Shown here one piece after another: positions 36,112-45,768 of a stretch of DNA of 64,000 bases. The notes under the pieces are model-generated. The model saw only the letters and a list, made by a program, of their open reading frames with translations. It was not told where the DNA came from and made no database searches. Both the position numbers and the translations under genes were made by a program. Source of the stretch: Bacteroidales bacterium. GTDB lineage: Bacteria; Bacteroidota; Bacteroidia; Bacteroidales; WCHB1-69. Location of the stretch: contig JAGCFD010000052.1 in the NCBI GenBank assembly GCA_017650305.1, positions 21,096-85,095 on the forward strand, in the 5' to 3' direction. How positions within the stretch are numbered: the first letter of the stretch is position 1; each line of letters starts with the position of its first letter.

Positions 36112-36290
36112 GCATTTATTTCAAACGCGTTAATTATTGTTTATAGAAATGACTGCTTTTCTGCATAACGCGGACGTGAAAGGGGTCTTCAGTATGCAGT
36201 TCTAGTCATAGTTGGATTTCGATGCTGATTGTTAAAGAAGGCAAAGGTACTGAAAATTTCAATGGACCGCACGGCACAGCAAATTATGTG

Positions 36291-36298
36291 TATTTTTG
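36291..36298 (+). promoter_or_regulatory. -7 promoter box TATTTTTG
   Basis: Lies 24 nt upstream of the ATG at 36323, which supports that start over the track start at 36296. Confidence 0.5.
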
Positions 36299-36322
36299 CC
36301 GCTCGAAATTCATGGTGCAAGA

Positions 36323-38710
36323 ATGACTCATACAGCTAAACGGACGGCATTCATCATCGGTGGGACGATCCTTCTCGCCATAGGTCTGTTTGCCCTTTTC
36401 GGAAGGCACACCAAGGTGGCCGAAAGCATCAAGCAGCAGACCGCAGTTCTGCTCAAGAAAGAGTACATCCCTAACCAAAATGTGGATGTGGAATCCACCA
36501 TGGCCTTCCAGAAGTTAGATTCGCTGTATGCCAACTTCCGGAAGGATTTCCGAATGCACTACCAGACCATTGCCACCGCCACCTTCCCCGACAGCAGCCG
36601 CATCATCCTCATCGCCGAGCCGGCCCCGTTTTTCGAACTCGACAGCCTGGAGAATATTTGCAGTCGCTTCACCCATCAGACTACGCAACGAAGCTTCAAG
36701 ATCGGCTACGATGGGCATGTCACGGATATGGCTGTTGTGTTGGGTAATGCCACCACCGAGAACATGGATAACCTCGTGGCCAAGATCTCCCAGCAGCAAT
36801 ACCTCTCTGATTATAAACCCAATGCGCTTGACCTGCTGGGCGGAGAGAAACGACACTATTTTTCGGGCGACAATCTGGACTATCAGATCACCTTGGGCGA
36901 GTTTGACGACTGGTTCTTCGCCGCGGGAGAAGCCTTTATTGATGATGCTGACACGGCCAACGATTTGACTGTCAGCGATATGTTCCAGCAACAGCGTCGC
37001 GGGGTCTTCTTCAGTCGTGAACCGGGCCTGGTGGCTTGGAGCATCCGTCGCGACAGTGACCTCTCCGAGCAGGCGGGCGACATCCGTCGGTTCGCCCTCG
37101 ATGCGGACCTTATCCTCGGCGCCCTGCGGGATTCCGCCACGTTGGTGGTCATCGGTCGCGAGCGCGAGACACCGTTGGAGATGCTGCCGCCCCTGCGGGT
37201 GGAGAGTGTCCTGCTGGTCGCTTCCATTAGCAGCAAGGAGCTCTCGCAGAGCCTTGACATCAACGACTGCATGGCCGGCAAGATGAGCAATGGGCGTGAC
37301 TGGTGCCCCACCTACCTCAGCCGCGAACTGGAGAACACCGAGTTGGGGCATCTGCTCACCATCACCGATGTGCTGCTCAAGGACTGGTCGGAGAACGGCA
37401 CCATACAGGAGGCATGCTATCATTATCCATCTCCTGGGCGTTTTCCATTCGATAGACCACTGTTCAAGAAGTTGGGACTCAGCGAGTTGGTTTATAACTG
37501 GAATACGGCCAACACCATGTACGCCATCGATTTGCCGGAATACACCATCTATACGCTCAACCGTACCGGGGCCTTGCCGGTGTCTTATTTCCATTCGCAG
37601 AGCAGCGGTGCCAGCGTTGGGGCGCAGTATGAGCGGCAGGCGGGCAACTATTTCGCCAACTGTGGCAATACGGATATTGCCCGTGTGGTGCAGTATGTCG
37701 CACTTTATCAACTGTTTATGGATAACGGCATCACCTACAAGGGCAACCTGCTCCATCCCGCCTTTCCGTCAAACAAGCCCTACCTGTTGGCCAAGCCCTG
37801 CCGTGACCTGCTGGACATCCTCAAGAATCTGACAGACAGTAGGATCAATGAGCTCTCCGACACGTTGACGACTCTTCACTTTGCCGCTTATGTTGAGGAG
37901 CAGGTCAGCAAGCAGTTGAGAAAGAACGAACAAGAGTATAACTTCACCTATACGGATGAGCATGAGCGGGCTATTTACCGGGATGTCAACCAGCATGAGA
38001 AGGCTGATCTGGCTGGGGAGTTCCGTGGGGCTCGTTCCATGCTACAGGGGCTTTCCGAGGAGGAGTACACGAAGTTGGTGCGTTATTTGGCCTACCCGCG
38101 AGGTACGATGGTCAACAGTCGGGAGACCTACGACCGTATGTTGCGGGCGCAGAAGGTCAACAAGCTGTTGCGGCATATCGGCAAGAACAACCTGCCCCTC
38201 TTGGGTATTGACTTGGCGAAGGTGCGCGACTACTTTGTGGGCAGCCTGCGTAACAGCGGGGGCCGCTATCTCAAGACACCGTCGGTCATCGTGACTTATA
38301 ACGACCTGAACACCACGGGCGGCCACAACATCTCCTCACGGATCAGCAGGGTGGGCAGCACCACGAACTACAAGCGGTCCGGTGGTGGCGCTCCGGTGGC
38401 GCACGCTACCCCTCTGCCTGCATCGACTCCCTCTGCGCCGTCAGCAAGTTCGCCATCCGCGAATGCCAAGCCCTCCTCGGGCAGTGGCCCGTCCGCGAGT
38501 GCCAGACCTTCCACGGGCGGGAAGCCCTCTGCCAGCGGTAGTCCGTCATCGGGCAGCAGGCCCACGACGACGGCCAAACCCTCTGGCAGCACCTCGTCTT
38601 CGGCCAAGAGCAGTACGGCATCGTCTTCCGTTAGACCCTCTTCTTCCGGCTCCGTCCGTCCGCGCACCAGCGTGGTCGGCGGCGGTGCGAGAACGACGAG
38701 AGGGTTCTGA
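36323..38710 (+). CDS. membrane-anchored hypothetical protein with a roughly 110-aa Ser/Pro/Gly/Ala-rich basic C-terminal tail
   Basis: 795 aa from MTHTAKRTAFIIGGTILLAIGLFALF (TM anchor). No recognisable catalytic motif. The tail reads ..PSAPSASSPSANAKPSSGSGPSASARPSTGGKPSASGSPSSGSRPTTTAKPSGS.. Confidence 0.6.
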   Translation: MTHTAKRTAFIIGGTILLAIGLFALFGRHTKVAESIKQQTAVLLKKEYIPNQNVDVESTMAFQKLDSLYANFRKDFRMHYQTIATATFPDSSRIILIAEPAPFFELDSLENICSRFTHQTTQRSFKIGYDGHVTDMAVVLGNATTENMDNLVAKISQQQYLSDYKPNALDLLGGEKRHYFSGDNLDYQITLGEFDDWFFAAGEAFIDDADTANDLTVSDMFQQQRRGVFFSREPGLVAWSIRRDSDLSEQAGDIRRFALDADLILGALRDSATLVVIGRERETPLEMLPPLRVESVLLVASISSKELSQSLDINDCMAGKMSNGRDWCPTYLSRELENTELGHLLTITDVLLKDWSENGTIQEACYHYPSPGRFPFDRPLFKKLGLSELVYNWNTANTMYAIDLPEYTIYTLNRTGALPVSYFHSQSSGASVGAQYERQAGNYFANCGNTDIARVVQYVALYQLFMDNGITYKGNLLHPAFPSNKPYLLAKPCRDLLDILKNLTDSRINELSDTLTTLHFAAYVEEQVSKQLRKNEQEYNFTYTDEHERAIYRDVNQHEKADLAGEFRGARSMLQGLSEEEYTKLVRYLAYPRGTMVNSRETYDRMLRAQKVNKLLRHIGKNNLPLLGIDLAKVRDYFVGSLRNSGGRYLKTPSVIVTYNDLNTTGGHNISSRISRVGSTTNYKRSGGGAPVAHATPLPASTPSAPSASSPSANAKPSSGSGPSASARPSTGGKPSASGSPSSGSRPTTTAKPSGSTSSSAKSSTASSSVRPSSSGSVRPRTSVVGGGARTTRGF

Positions 38711-38741
38711 ATCCTTGTGATCATCTAACCAACTATTTTAC

Positions 38742-38749
38742 TATCTTTG
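38742..38749 (+). promoter_or_regulatory. -7 promoter box TATCTTTG
   Basis: Lies 23 nt upstream of the ATG at 38773. Confidence 0.5.
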
Positions 38750-38772
38750 CGGCCGTTTTTCATCCGTTGATT

Positions 38773-40113
38773 ATGATTGACAGGAATCCAGATATAGAAT
38801 TCGCTTCTGCTGACGAGATCAAACAGTATCAAGAAGTGAAACTGCACGATGCGTTAGCCTATCTGCAGCAGCATTCTCGCTACTACCAGCGTATGTTCGA
38901 GCGTTACCGCATTCATGTGGAGAAGATACGCACTATCGAGGATCTGGTGAACATCCCCTTCACGGAGAAGAAAGACCTGCAGCTCTTCAACGAGGACTTC
39001 CTCTGTGTGCCTAAGGAGAAGGTGATCGACTACATCACCACAAGTGGCACGCTGAGCGACCCCGTGACCTTCTGCTGTACCGAGAAGGATCTGCAACGGC
39101 TGGCTTATAACGAGAAGAAGAGTTTCGAATGCGCCGGACTGAAACCCGGCAACATCCTCCAGTTGATGGTTACACTCGACAAGCGGTTCATGGCCGGACT
39201 GGCCTATTTCCTCGGACTGCGCGAGTTGGGCGCCTCGGTCATCCGCGTGGGTAATGGTATCCCCGAGTTGCAGTGGGACACCATCCAGCGCATCAAGCCT
39301 GACAGCATCATGTGCGTGCCTTCGTTCATCCCGCGACTTGTCCAATACGCTGAGGACCACGGTATCGACTATCAAAACTCCAGCATTCGCAAGATCATCG
39401 GGATAGGGGAGAGCCTGCGCAATCAAGACTTCTCGCTCAACCTTTTGGGCGAGCAGATCAAATCGAAATGGGATGTTGAGCTTTACGCCACCTACTCCTC
39501 GACTGAGATGGGCGCGACCTTCAGCGAGTGCGAGTATGGTGAGGGCGGACATGTGCACCCTGAGCTCATCATCGTGGAGATCATCGGCGAAGACAACCTG
39601 CCGGTGGCCGATGGCGAAACTGGCGAGGTGGTGGTGACGACCCTCGGCGTGGAGGGTATGCCGCTCTTGCGCTTCCGCACGGGCGATATGTGCGCGAAGA
39701 TCACCGAACAATGTCGTTGCGGCAGAAATAGTTACCGTCTCACCCCGTTGGTGGGTCGCAAGAACAATATGATCAAGTTGAAGGGAACCACGCTTTATCC
39801 GCCCGCCATGATGGACGTGCTGAACAACACTCCGTTTGTGCAGAACTATGTCATCTATGTGCAGGATTCACAGCAGGGAACCGATGAGGTGGTGGTGAAG
39901 GTCGGGTTGAATGCGGAAGTCTTGGAGCAGAATTCCCGGTTCAAGAATCATCCCGAGGAGATCGTCAACGAGCTGAAGAACCGGTTTAGAGCGCACGTGC
40001 GCGTGGCACCGGTCGTGCAGATCGCCCCGGTGGAGGAGGTCCAGCGCATCAACTTCCCGCCAAGCGCCCGGAAGCCCGTGAAGTTTGTGGATCTGCGAGG
40101 CGTCGGAAAATAG
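38773..40113 (+). CDS. adenylate-forming enzyme, phenylacetate-CoA ligase (PaaK)/F390-synthetase family
   Basis: 446 aa. Motifs TTSGTLSDP and YATYSSTEMG. The track start at 38767 is a TTG. The in-frame ATG is at 38773. Confidence 0.75.
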   Translation: MIDRNPDIEFASADEIKQYQEVKLHDALAYLQQHSRYYQRMFERYRIHVEKIRTIEDLVNIPFTEKKDLQLFNEDFLCVPKEKVIDYITTSGTLSDPVTFCCTEKDLQRLAYNEKKSFECAGLKPGNILQLMVTLDKRFMAGLAYFLGLRELGASVIRVGNGIPELQWDTIQRIKPDSIMCVPSFIPRLVQYAEDHGIDYQNSSIRKIIGIGESLRNQDFSLNLLGEQIKSKWDVELYATYSSTEMGATFSECEYGEGGHVHPELIIVEIIGEDNLPVADGETGEVVVTTLGVEGMPLLRFRTGDMCAKITEQCRCGRNSYRLTPLVGRKNNMIKLKGTTLYPPAMMDVLNNTPFVQNYVIYVQDSQQGTDEVVVKVGLNAEVLEQNSRFKNHPEEIVNELKNRFRAHVRVAPVVQIAPVEEVQRINFPPSARKPVKFVDLRGVGK

Positions 40114-40127
40114 ACCCTGCAAGATCT

Positions 40128-40667
40128 TTACTTTCCCCGGACAGTCGCCTTTTGGATATTACGGAAATGACTGGGGGTGATCCCCATCTCCTTCTTGAAT
40201 GCTTTATGAAAAACCTGTCGGTTACTGTAGCCGCACATCTCCCCAATCACCTCCATCTTTTCCTGGAAATATTGAGGGTCGCTCAGCAGACTCAAGGATT
40301 CTTTGATTCTGTAACTGTTTAGTAATGAAGAAAAATTCTGATGCAAGCAAGCGTTGATGACGTGCGAAAGCGTAGTCTTGTTGGTCCCCAATTCCTTGGC
40401 CAAATCCTGAATGTTCAACTCCGGCCTCAAGTACAATTTGCCCTGCTCCATGCTGGTTTGTAATTTCTGAAGCAGTTTTTCGCTTAGATCATCGATGGAA
40501 TCAGTGGCTTCGAAGACGATCGGTTCAACCAGATTGTTACATTCGTCGTCTTGGCGGAGACTCTTCTGCATCAGCTTCCGATACGAGTGACGGCTGTGAA
40601 TGAATAATACCAACGTGATAATGTTGGAGATAACTAGAATCGACAAAATGAAGAATAGAATTTTCAT
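40128..40667 (-). CDS. membrane-anchored AraC-family HTH transcriptional regulator
   Basis: 179 aa. N-terminal TM helix and C-terminal AraC HTH (IGEMCGYSNRQVFHKAFKKEMGITPSHFR). Confidence 0.75.
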   Translation of the reverse strand: MKILFFILSILVISNIITLVLFIHSRHSYRKLMQKSLRQDDECNNLVEPIVFEATDSIDDLSEKLLQKLQTSMEQGKLYLRPELNIQDLAKELGTNKTTLSHVINACLHQNFSSLLNSYRIKESLSLLSDPQYFQEKMEVIGEMCGYSNRQVFHKAFKKEMGITPSHFRNIQKATVRGK

Positions 40668-40713
40668 GACGGCGAAAATAAAAAAAACTTAAATCCATTA
40701 CCCGATCCTGCCG

Positions 40714-40765
40714 AATTATGACAAATTATTGATAAATTATGACATATTACAGCCAAATAATGACA
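40714..40765. promoter_or_regulatory. three direct repeats AAT(T/A)ATGACA spaced exactly 21 bp apart (reverse complement TGTCATAATT, Pho-box-like)
   Basis: Repeats at 40714-23, 40735-44 and 40756-65. Weaker half-sites (GCTGTAATA, ATCAATAA on the reverse strand) lie between them at about 10.5-bp phasing. The region sits between the divergent AraC gene and the porin-pst operon. Confidence 0.5.
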
Positions 40766-40785
40766 GAATTCTGCTGCTGAAATCC

Positions 40786-40793
40786 TATTTTTG
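40786..40793 (+). promoter_or_regulatory. -7 promoter box TATTTTTG for the porin-pst operon
   Basis: Lies 34 nt upstream of the ATG at 40828. Repeat 3 sits where a -33 element would be. Confidence 0.5.
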
Positions 40794-40827
40794 CCCGTTT
40801 TTTTCAAAATGCATATCTTTTGAATGT

Positions 40828-41970
40828 ATGGCAAATAAAAGGCTGTTTTTTTTAATGATCACCTTATGGTTAGGATCGATGGTAGGATTTTCACAGGATA
40901 CTATCTCGAAGAAAAAATCCCAGGACGTATGGCAGCAAGTAAAAGAGCATGTGAGCATTGGTGGGTGGGTTGACGCCCAGTACATGTATGATAAGGCCGG
41001 TGGAGTCCAAAGCAGTGTGATGCAGATCCGGCGCGCCCGTCTCGACTTTAAAGGTAGCCTTTCCAAGTGGGTGGACTTCAGATTGCAGGGTGACTTTGCC
41101 CCTAATCCCCGCTTGATTGATGCTTACGTTAAGGTGAACTTTTGTCAATATGTCCAACTACAGGTCGGGCAGTTCAAAATCCCGTTTTCTATTGAGAACA
41201 AATATTCCCCATTAGATTTAGAGCTGACGGAGAACGCGCAGGTTATCAGTGCTTTGTCTGGATATAAGGATGTGACAGGCATTAGTTCCTATTCTAATGG
41301 TCGCGAAATTGGACTCATGCTCACGGGTACGTTGGCCTCCGCGAAAGTGCGTGGCGAGAAGATTCCCATATTGAAGTATGGGGTCGGCCTTTTCGGTGGA
41401 AACGGTATCAATGTGAAGACTGACAACATGGCCAAGGATATTTCAGCCAGAATAGAATTCAGCCCATTTGTGAAGAACATGATCTTTTCTGCTTCGGGTT
41501 ATTGGGGCAAATATAATATATTGTATGACGGTGCTTCCACTGGTGTGGATGGTCGGCGTTATCGCTATGCTGCAGGTGCTGAATACAATGACAAAAAATG
41601 GGTGGTGCGTGGCGAGTATGTTGCCGGATTGACCGATTTAGCCTCGTTGAATCCATCGCCAGACCCTGATGGCTTAGTCGTGGAACCTGCTTTCACCCAA
41701 GGGTTTTATGTTATTGCAGGCTATTGGTTCGACTTTGGTTGGGGTAAGGACATCCCCATGCGGCAGAAACTCCGTCCTGTGTTGCGTTTCGACTATTACC
41801 GTTATAATCAGCACGATGCTTTCAATGTTCCCTCCATATACTATTCCGCGGGGCTCGAATGGTGGCCAGAGCGTCATGTGCGAGTGCAGTTGAACTACAC
41901 TTTGAAGCAACGTTACCAGATAGATCAGTTCGGGCATACCCTGACTGCCATGGTTTCCGTGAAGTTTTGA
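40828..41970 (+). CDS. phosphate-selective porin O/P family outer-membrane protein
   Basis: 380 aa from MANKRLFFLMITLWLGSMVGFSQ (signal peptide). Beta-barrel pattern ending ..AMVSVKF. Immediately upstream of pstS. Confidence 0.7.
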   Translation: MANKRLFFLMITLWLGSMVGFSQDTISKKKSQDVWQQVKEHVSIGGWVDAQYMYDKAGGVQSSVMQIRRARLDFKGSLSKWVDFRLQGDFAPNPRLIDAYVKVNFCQYVQLQVGQFKIPFSIENKYSPLDLELTENAQVISALSGYKDVTGISSYSNGREIGLMLTGTLASAKVRGEKIPILKYGVGLFGGNGINVKTDNMAKDISARIEFSPFVKNMIFSASGYWGKYNILYDGASTGVDGRRYRYAAGAEYNDKKWVVRGEYVAGLTDLASLNPSPDPDGLVVEPAFTQGFYVIAGYWFDFGWGKDIPMRQKLRPVLRFDYYRYNQHDAFNVPSIYYSAGLEWWPERHVRVQLNYTLKQRYQIDQFGHTLTAMVSVKF

Positions 41971-42011
41971 GGCGCATAATGTATGATTTTGAATATTAAT
42001 AAATTATCAAT

Positions 42012-42980
42012 ATGAAAAAAACAATTACCCTTTTATCAGCAATTTGCATCTTAGCGATGTGTGTTTCTTGTGGAAAGAAGCAGAATCCGCAGTCGAATGG
42101 CGGGCTCACAGGAGAAATCTCCATTTCCGGGGCTTTTGCGCTCTATCCGTTGGCCGTGAAATGGGTCGAAGAGTTTCAGAAGGCGAATCCGGGTGTGCGC
42201 ATTGACATTTCCGCAGGAGGTGCCGGCAAGGGCATGACCGACGTTTTGGCCAATGTGGTTGACCTTGGTATGGTCTCCCGTGAAGTCTATCCTCCCGAAT
42301 TGGAAAAGGGGGCGCTGCCTTTCGCCGTGACCAAAGATGCGGTGGTCATCACCGTGAATACAGAGAACCCGCATGCTGCTGTCATGAAACGGCAAGGCAT
42401 CACCAAAGAGGAGGCTTATAAGATCTGGATCTCTGGCGAGATCAAGACCTGGGGACAGCTGCTCGGCACTGCTGACAACACTCCGATCCATGTCTATACG
42501 CGTTCCGACGCTTGCGGTGCGGCCGAAACCTTTGCGATGTGGATGGGCAAAAAGCAGGAAGACCTCCAGGGCACGGCTGTCTTTGGCGACCCCGGGCTGG
42601 CCAATGCTGTGCAGCGTGACAAGTTAGCCATTGGATTCAACAACATTGGATATGCTTACGATGAAGAGAGCCGCAAGCCCAATACGGGTCTCTTTGTCTT
42701 CCCCATCGATCGCGACAACGATGGCAACATCACGACTGAGGAATACTTTTACGACACCAAAGATGATTTTGTGAAAGCCGTTGCGGAGGACAAGTATCCC
42801 TCGCCGCCCGCCCGTGACTTATACCTTGTGAGCAATGGGGTGCCCACCAGTCCCGCTGTCGTGGCGTTCTTGAAATACATTCTCACTGACGGACAGCAGG
42901 AGTGTGCTCCCGCCGGCTACATCAGCCTCAGCGAGAATAAACTCCAAAATGGCCTTTCCAAACTGAAATCCACCCGTTAA
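42012..42980 (+). CDS. pstS: phosphate ABC transporter substrate-binding lipoprotein
   Basis: 322 aa. Lipobox AMCVSCG. PBP fold with the ISAGGAGKG phosphate-binding-type motif. Confidence 0.88.
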   Translation: MKKTITLLSAICILAMCVSCGKKQNPQSNGGLTGEISISGAFALYPLAVKWVEEFQKANPGVRIDISAGGAGKGMTDVLANVVDLGMVSREVYPPELEKGALPFAVTKDAVVITVNTENPHAAVMKRQGITKEEAYKIWISGEIKTWGQLLGTADNTPIHVYTRSDACGAAETFAMWMGKKQEDLQGTAVFGDPGLANAVQRDKLAIGFNNIGYAYDEESRKPNTGLFVFPIDRDNDGNITTEEYFYDTKDDFVKAVAEDKYPSPPARDLYLVSNGVPTSPAVVAFLKYILTDGQQECAPAGYISLSENKLQNGLSKLKSTR

Positions 42981-43088
42981 TCATTGAAGAGGTATTCCTT
43001 GAGCGCTAGATGCGCAAAGTGCTCATAATCCGCACGTGCGAAGTGCAGTGTGGGGTGAGTCGCGAAAAGGGAATCAAGCTAAGATATT

Positions 43089-43985
43089 ATGCATAAGTCG
43101 AGAATCATCAAGGACAAAACGGCTGGCGCCACCATGCTTGCCCTGACCATCCTCTCCATCTTGTTTGTGGTGGTGATGTTCGTGGGGTTGTATCTGAAGT
43201 CGGTGCCGGTGTTGGAGGGGAAGTCGCTGTGGAGCCTGCTTTCCTCCAGCGAGTGGAAGCCCATCAAAGGGGAGTTCGGCTTCTTGCCGTTCATTGCGGG
43301 CACGCTTTGGGTAACTTTTATCGCCATCCTGCTGGCGCTGCCTGTCTCCTTGTTCACCGCTTTCTACCTTACGGAGTATGCCCGTCCGGCGGTACGCAAG
43401 TTTGTGTTTCCGGCATTGGACATCTTGGCGGCATTGCCTTCGGTGGTTTATGGCATCTGGGGTACCTTGGTCATCGTACCGCTCATTTCCGACAGGCTTG
43501 CACCGCATTTTGTGGAATATTCATCGGGCTACACGGTTTTGGCTGCTGGTATTGTCCTCGGCGTGATGGTGATTCCCTTGTTAGTCAGCCTTTTCATCGA
43601 AGTGTTCAGCATGGTGCCTCGCGATTTGCGCGAAGCCTCGTTGGCGTTGGGGGCCACCCGCTGGCAGACCAGTCAGAAGGTCGTGGTGCGCAAAACACTG
43701 CCCGGCATCTTCGCCTCCACCGTGCTGGCCGTCTCCCGTGCCATGGGCGAAACCATTGCCGTACTCATGGTCTGCGGCTGCGTGATGACCATCCCGAAGA
43801 GCCCTCTTGACAGCGGATATCCCATCCCCGCCCTCATCGCCAACAACTACGGCGAGATGCTCTCTATGCCTCTCTATGAGTCCGCGCTGATGTTTGCGGC
43901 TCTCATCCTCTTCGTGGTCGTTTTCATTTTCAACCTGTTGTCCCGTATCGTCCTCTACAGAATGGAGAAACGACTCGGCCAATAG
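43089..43985 (+). CDS. pstC: phosphate ABC transporter permease PstC
   Basis: 298 aa, 6 TM helices. EAA-type loop REASLALGATRWQT. Confidence 0.88.
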   Translation: MHKSRIIKDKTAGATMLALTILSILFVVVMFVGLYLKSVPVLEGKSLWSLLSSSEWKPIKGEFGFLPFIAGTLWVTFIAILLALPVSLFTAFYLTEYARPAVRKFVFPALDILAALPSVVYGIWGTLVIVPLISDRLAPHFVEYSSGYTVLAAGIVLGVMVIPLLVSLFIEVFSMVPRDLREASLALGATRWQTSQKVVVRKTLPGIFASTVLAVSRAMGETIAVLMVCGCVMTIPKSPLDSGYPIPALIANNYGEMLSMPLYESALMFAALILFVVVFIFNLLSRIVLYRMEKRLGQ

Positions 43986-44018
43986 CCATTATTAACGATT
44001 AACCTTAAGCATTCTCTA

Positions 44019-44873
44019 ATGAAAGTATCAACAACAAAGAAAGTTCGCGAGATAATTGCCCAAGTCCTCATGTGGTTGTCAATGGCTGTGGTCTTCGTCA
44101 TGGTGATCAGTGTCATCTGGACCATCTTCTCGCACGGCTGGAAGGCCATGAGTTGGGAGATGGTGAGCAGTCTGCCCGGGGGCGGCTTCTACATCGGCAA
44201 GGAGGGTGGCTTCCTCAACGCTATAGTGGGGTCGCTTTACATTGTGGGGGCCTCCACGGTGTTGGGGCTGCTTGTCTCCGTTCCGGTAGTTTTTTATCTC
44301 AATGTCTACTTGAAGCCGGGTTCTAAGCTGGCCTACGCTGCACGGATGGCCTTCGACGTGCTCTTTGGGGTCCCTTCTATCGTGTATGGTGCCTTCGCGT
44401 TCACCATCATGATCTTCTTCGGTCTCCGGACCTCTTTGCTGGGTGGTATCATCGTCATCACCCTGCTCATCATCCCGATTTTCATCCGCACCATGGATGA
44501 GGCCACGCGCGAGTTTCCCCGCGACATTCTCGACGCCACCTATTCACTCGGCGCCACCCGATGGGAGACGCTGAAGGTCGTTATCCGTCAGATTGCGCCG
44601 GGTATCGCTACTGCCACGCTGCTCTCCGTCGGGCGTGCCATCGGGGACGCTGCCGCGGTGATGTTCACGGCTGGCTATACCGACAGCATCCCCACGTCCC
44701 TGTCTCAACCCGCTGCCACGCTTCCTCTGGCTGTCTTCTTCCAACTCAGTAGCCCCATCCCCGAGGTGCAAGACCGCGCCTACGCCGCAGCCCTCGTCCT
44801 CACTGTCATTGTACTCGTCCTCAGCATCGCCGGTAGATTCATCACCAATAGGTTTTCGAAGAATAAAGTGTGA
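44019..44873 (+). CDS. pstA: phosphate ABC transporter permease PstA
   Basis: 284 aa. EAA-type loop LDATYSLGATRWET. Confidence 0.88.
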   Translation: MKVSTTKKVREIIAQVLMWLSMAVVFVMVISVIWTIFSHGWKAMSWEMVSSLPGGGFYIGKEGGFLNAIVGSLYIVGASTVLGLLVSVPVVFYLNVYLKPGSKLAYAARMAFDVLFGVPSIVYGAFAFTIMIFFGLRTSLLGGIIVITLLIIPIFIRTMDEATREFPRDILDATYSLGATRWETLKVVIRQIAPGIATATLLSVGRAIGDAAAVMFTAGYTDSIPTSLSQPAATLPLAVFFQLSSPIPEVQDRAYAAALVLTVIVLVLSIAGRFITNRFSKNKV

Positions 44874-44932
44874 ATTAGTGAACAGTGATCAGATAATAGT
44901 CATAGTCAATAGTCATAGTTATAGTCAACAAT
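44874..44932. repeat. degenerate 6-7-nt-period array (TAGTCA(A) x5 plus ttagtga acagtga)
   Basis: Fills the whole pstA-pstB spacer. TAGTCA/TAGTTA occur at 44897, 44903, 44910, 44916 and 44922. Confidence 0.6.
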
Positions 44933-45679
44933 ATGATAGAAGTCAAAAACCTCAACATCCATATCAAGAATGCCCACATATTGAAGGATGTGAATGTCAC
45001 GTTGCCCGAGCGGCAGATCACCTGCATCATCGGGCCATCGGGATGCGGCAAGACCACCTTGCTGCGGACACTCAACCGCTTGATAGACTCCACGGAAGGG
45101 GTCCGACTTGCCGGACAGGTGCTGGTCGATGGGCAGGACATCATACACAGCGGTTCGGAGATCACCGAGTTGCGCCGTCGGATCGGGCTGGTGAGCCAGC
45201 GTCCATGTCCGCTGCCCATGTCCATTTTCAACAACGTGGCCTATGGCTGCCGCATCAACAATCTATGTAAAGGCAAAGAACTGCATCGCAGAGTGGAGGA
45301 GAACCTGCGCGGAGTGGGGCTCTGGGACGAGGTGAAAGACCGTCTTCACGCGCCTGCCGCCCGCCTCTCCATTGGCCAGCAGCAGCGTCTCTGCCTTGCC
45401 CGCTCCCTTGCTGTGGAGCCCGAATACATCCTTGCCGATGAGGCCACCAGCGCGCTTGACCCTATCTCCGCCAAAACCGTGGAGGATCTTTTTGTGAAGC
45501 TTAAAGAGCAATATTCCATCATCATGGTCACTCATACCCTGCGGCAGGCTCTCCGTATCGCCGATCATGTTGTCTTCATGTATCTTGGTGAAATCATCGA
45601 GCAAGGTCCCGCCGACCAAGTGTTCCATCACCCTCAGCACGAGCTCACCCAAAAATACCTGTCCGGAGCCTTTAGTTAG
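44933..45679 (+). CDS. pstB: phosphate ABC transporter ATP-binding protein
   Basis: 248 aa. Walker A GPSGCGKTT, signature LSIGQQQRL, Walker B ILADEATSALD. Confidence 0.92.
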   Translation: MIEVKNLNIHIKNAHILKDVNVTLPERQITCIIGPSGCGKTTLLRTLNRLIDSTEGVRLAGQVLVDGQDIIHSGSEITELRRRIGLVSQRPCPLPMSIFNNVAYGCRINNLCKGKELHRRVEENLRGVGLWDEVKDRLHAPAARLSIGQQQRLCLARSLAVEPEYILADEATSALDPISAKTVEDLFVKLKEQYSIIMVTHTLRQALRIADHVVFMYLGEIIEQGPADQVFHHPQHELTQKYLSGAFS

Positions 45680-45714
45680 TTGGCAGTTAGTAGTTAGAAG
45701 TTAGTAGTTGTTGG
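45673..45714. repeat. heptad array tagttag ttggcag ttagtag ttagaag ttagtag ttgttgg
   Basis: The first unit contains the pstB stop (AGT TAG, 45674-79). Confidence 0.8.
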
Positions 45715-45768
45715 GGTATAGCATACAATGATGAATAATAATAATGGCAATTAAACAAATATAGATAA

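Noticed and set aside
38368-38724. Three extra ORFs (112-118 aa, both strands) over the 3' end of the 795-aa gene.
   Set aside because: They coincide exactly with the Ser/Pro/Gly-rich tail-coding segment. The compositional bias removes stop codons in several frames.
42981-43088. Possible attenuator hairpin in the 108-nt pstS-pstC spacer (palindrome cgcacgtgcg, gcgc-tagat-gcgc).
   Set aside because: The stems are only 4-5 bp and no T-run follows. This is too weak to call without folding energies or transcript data.
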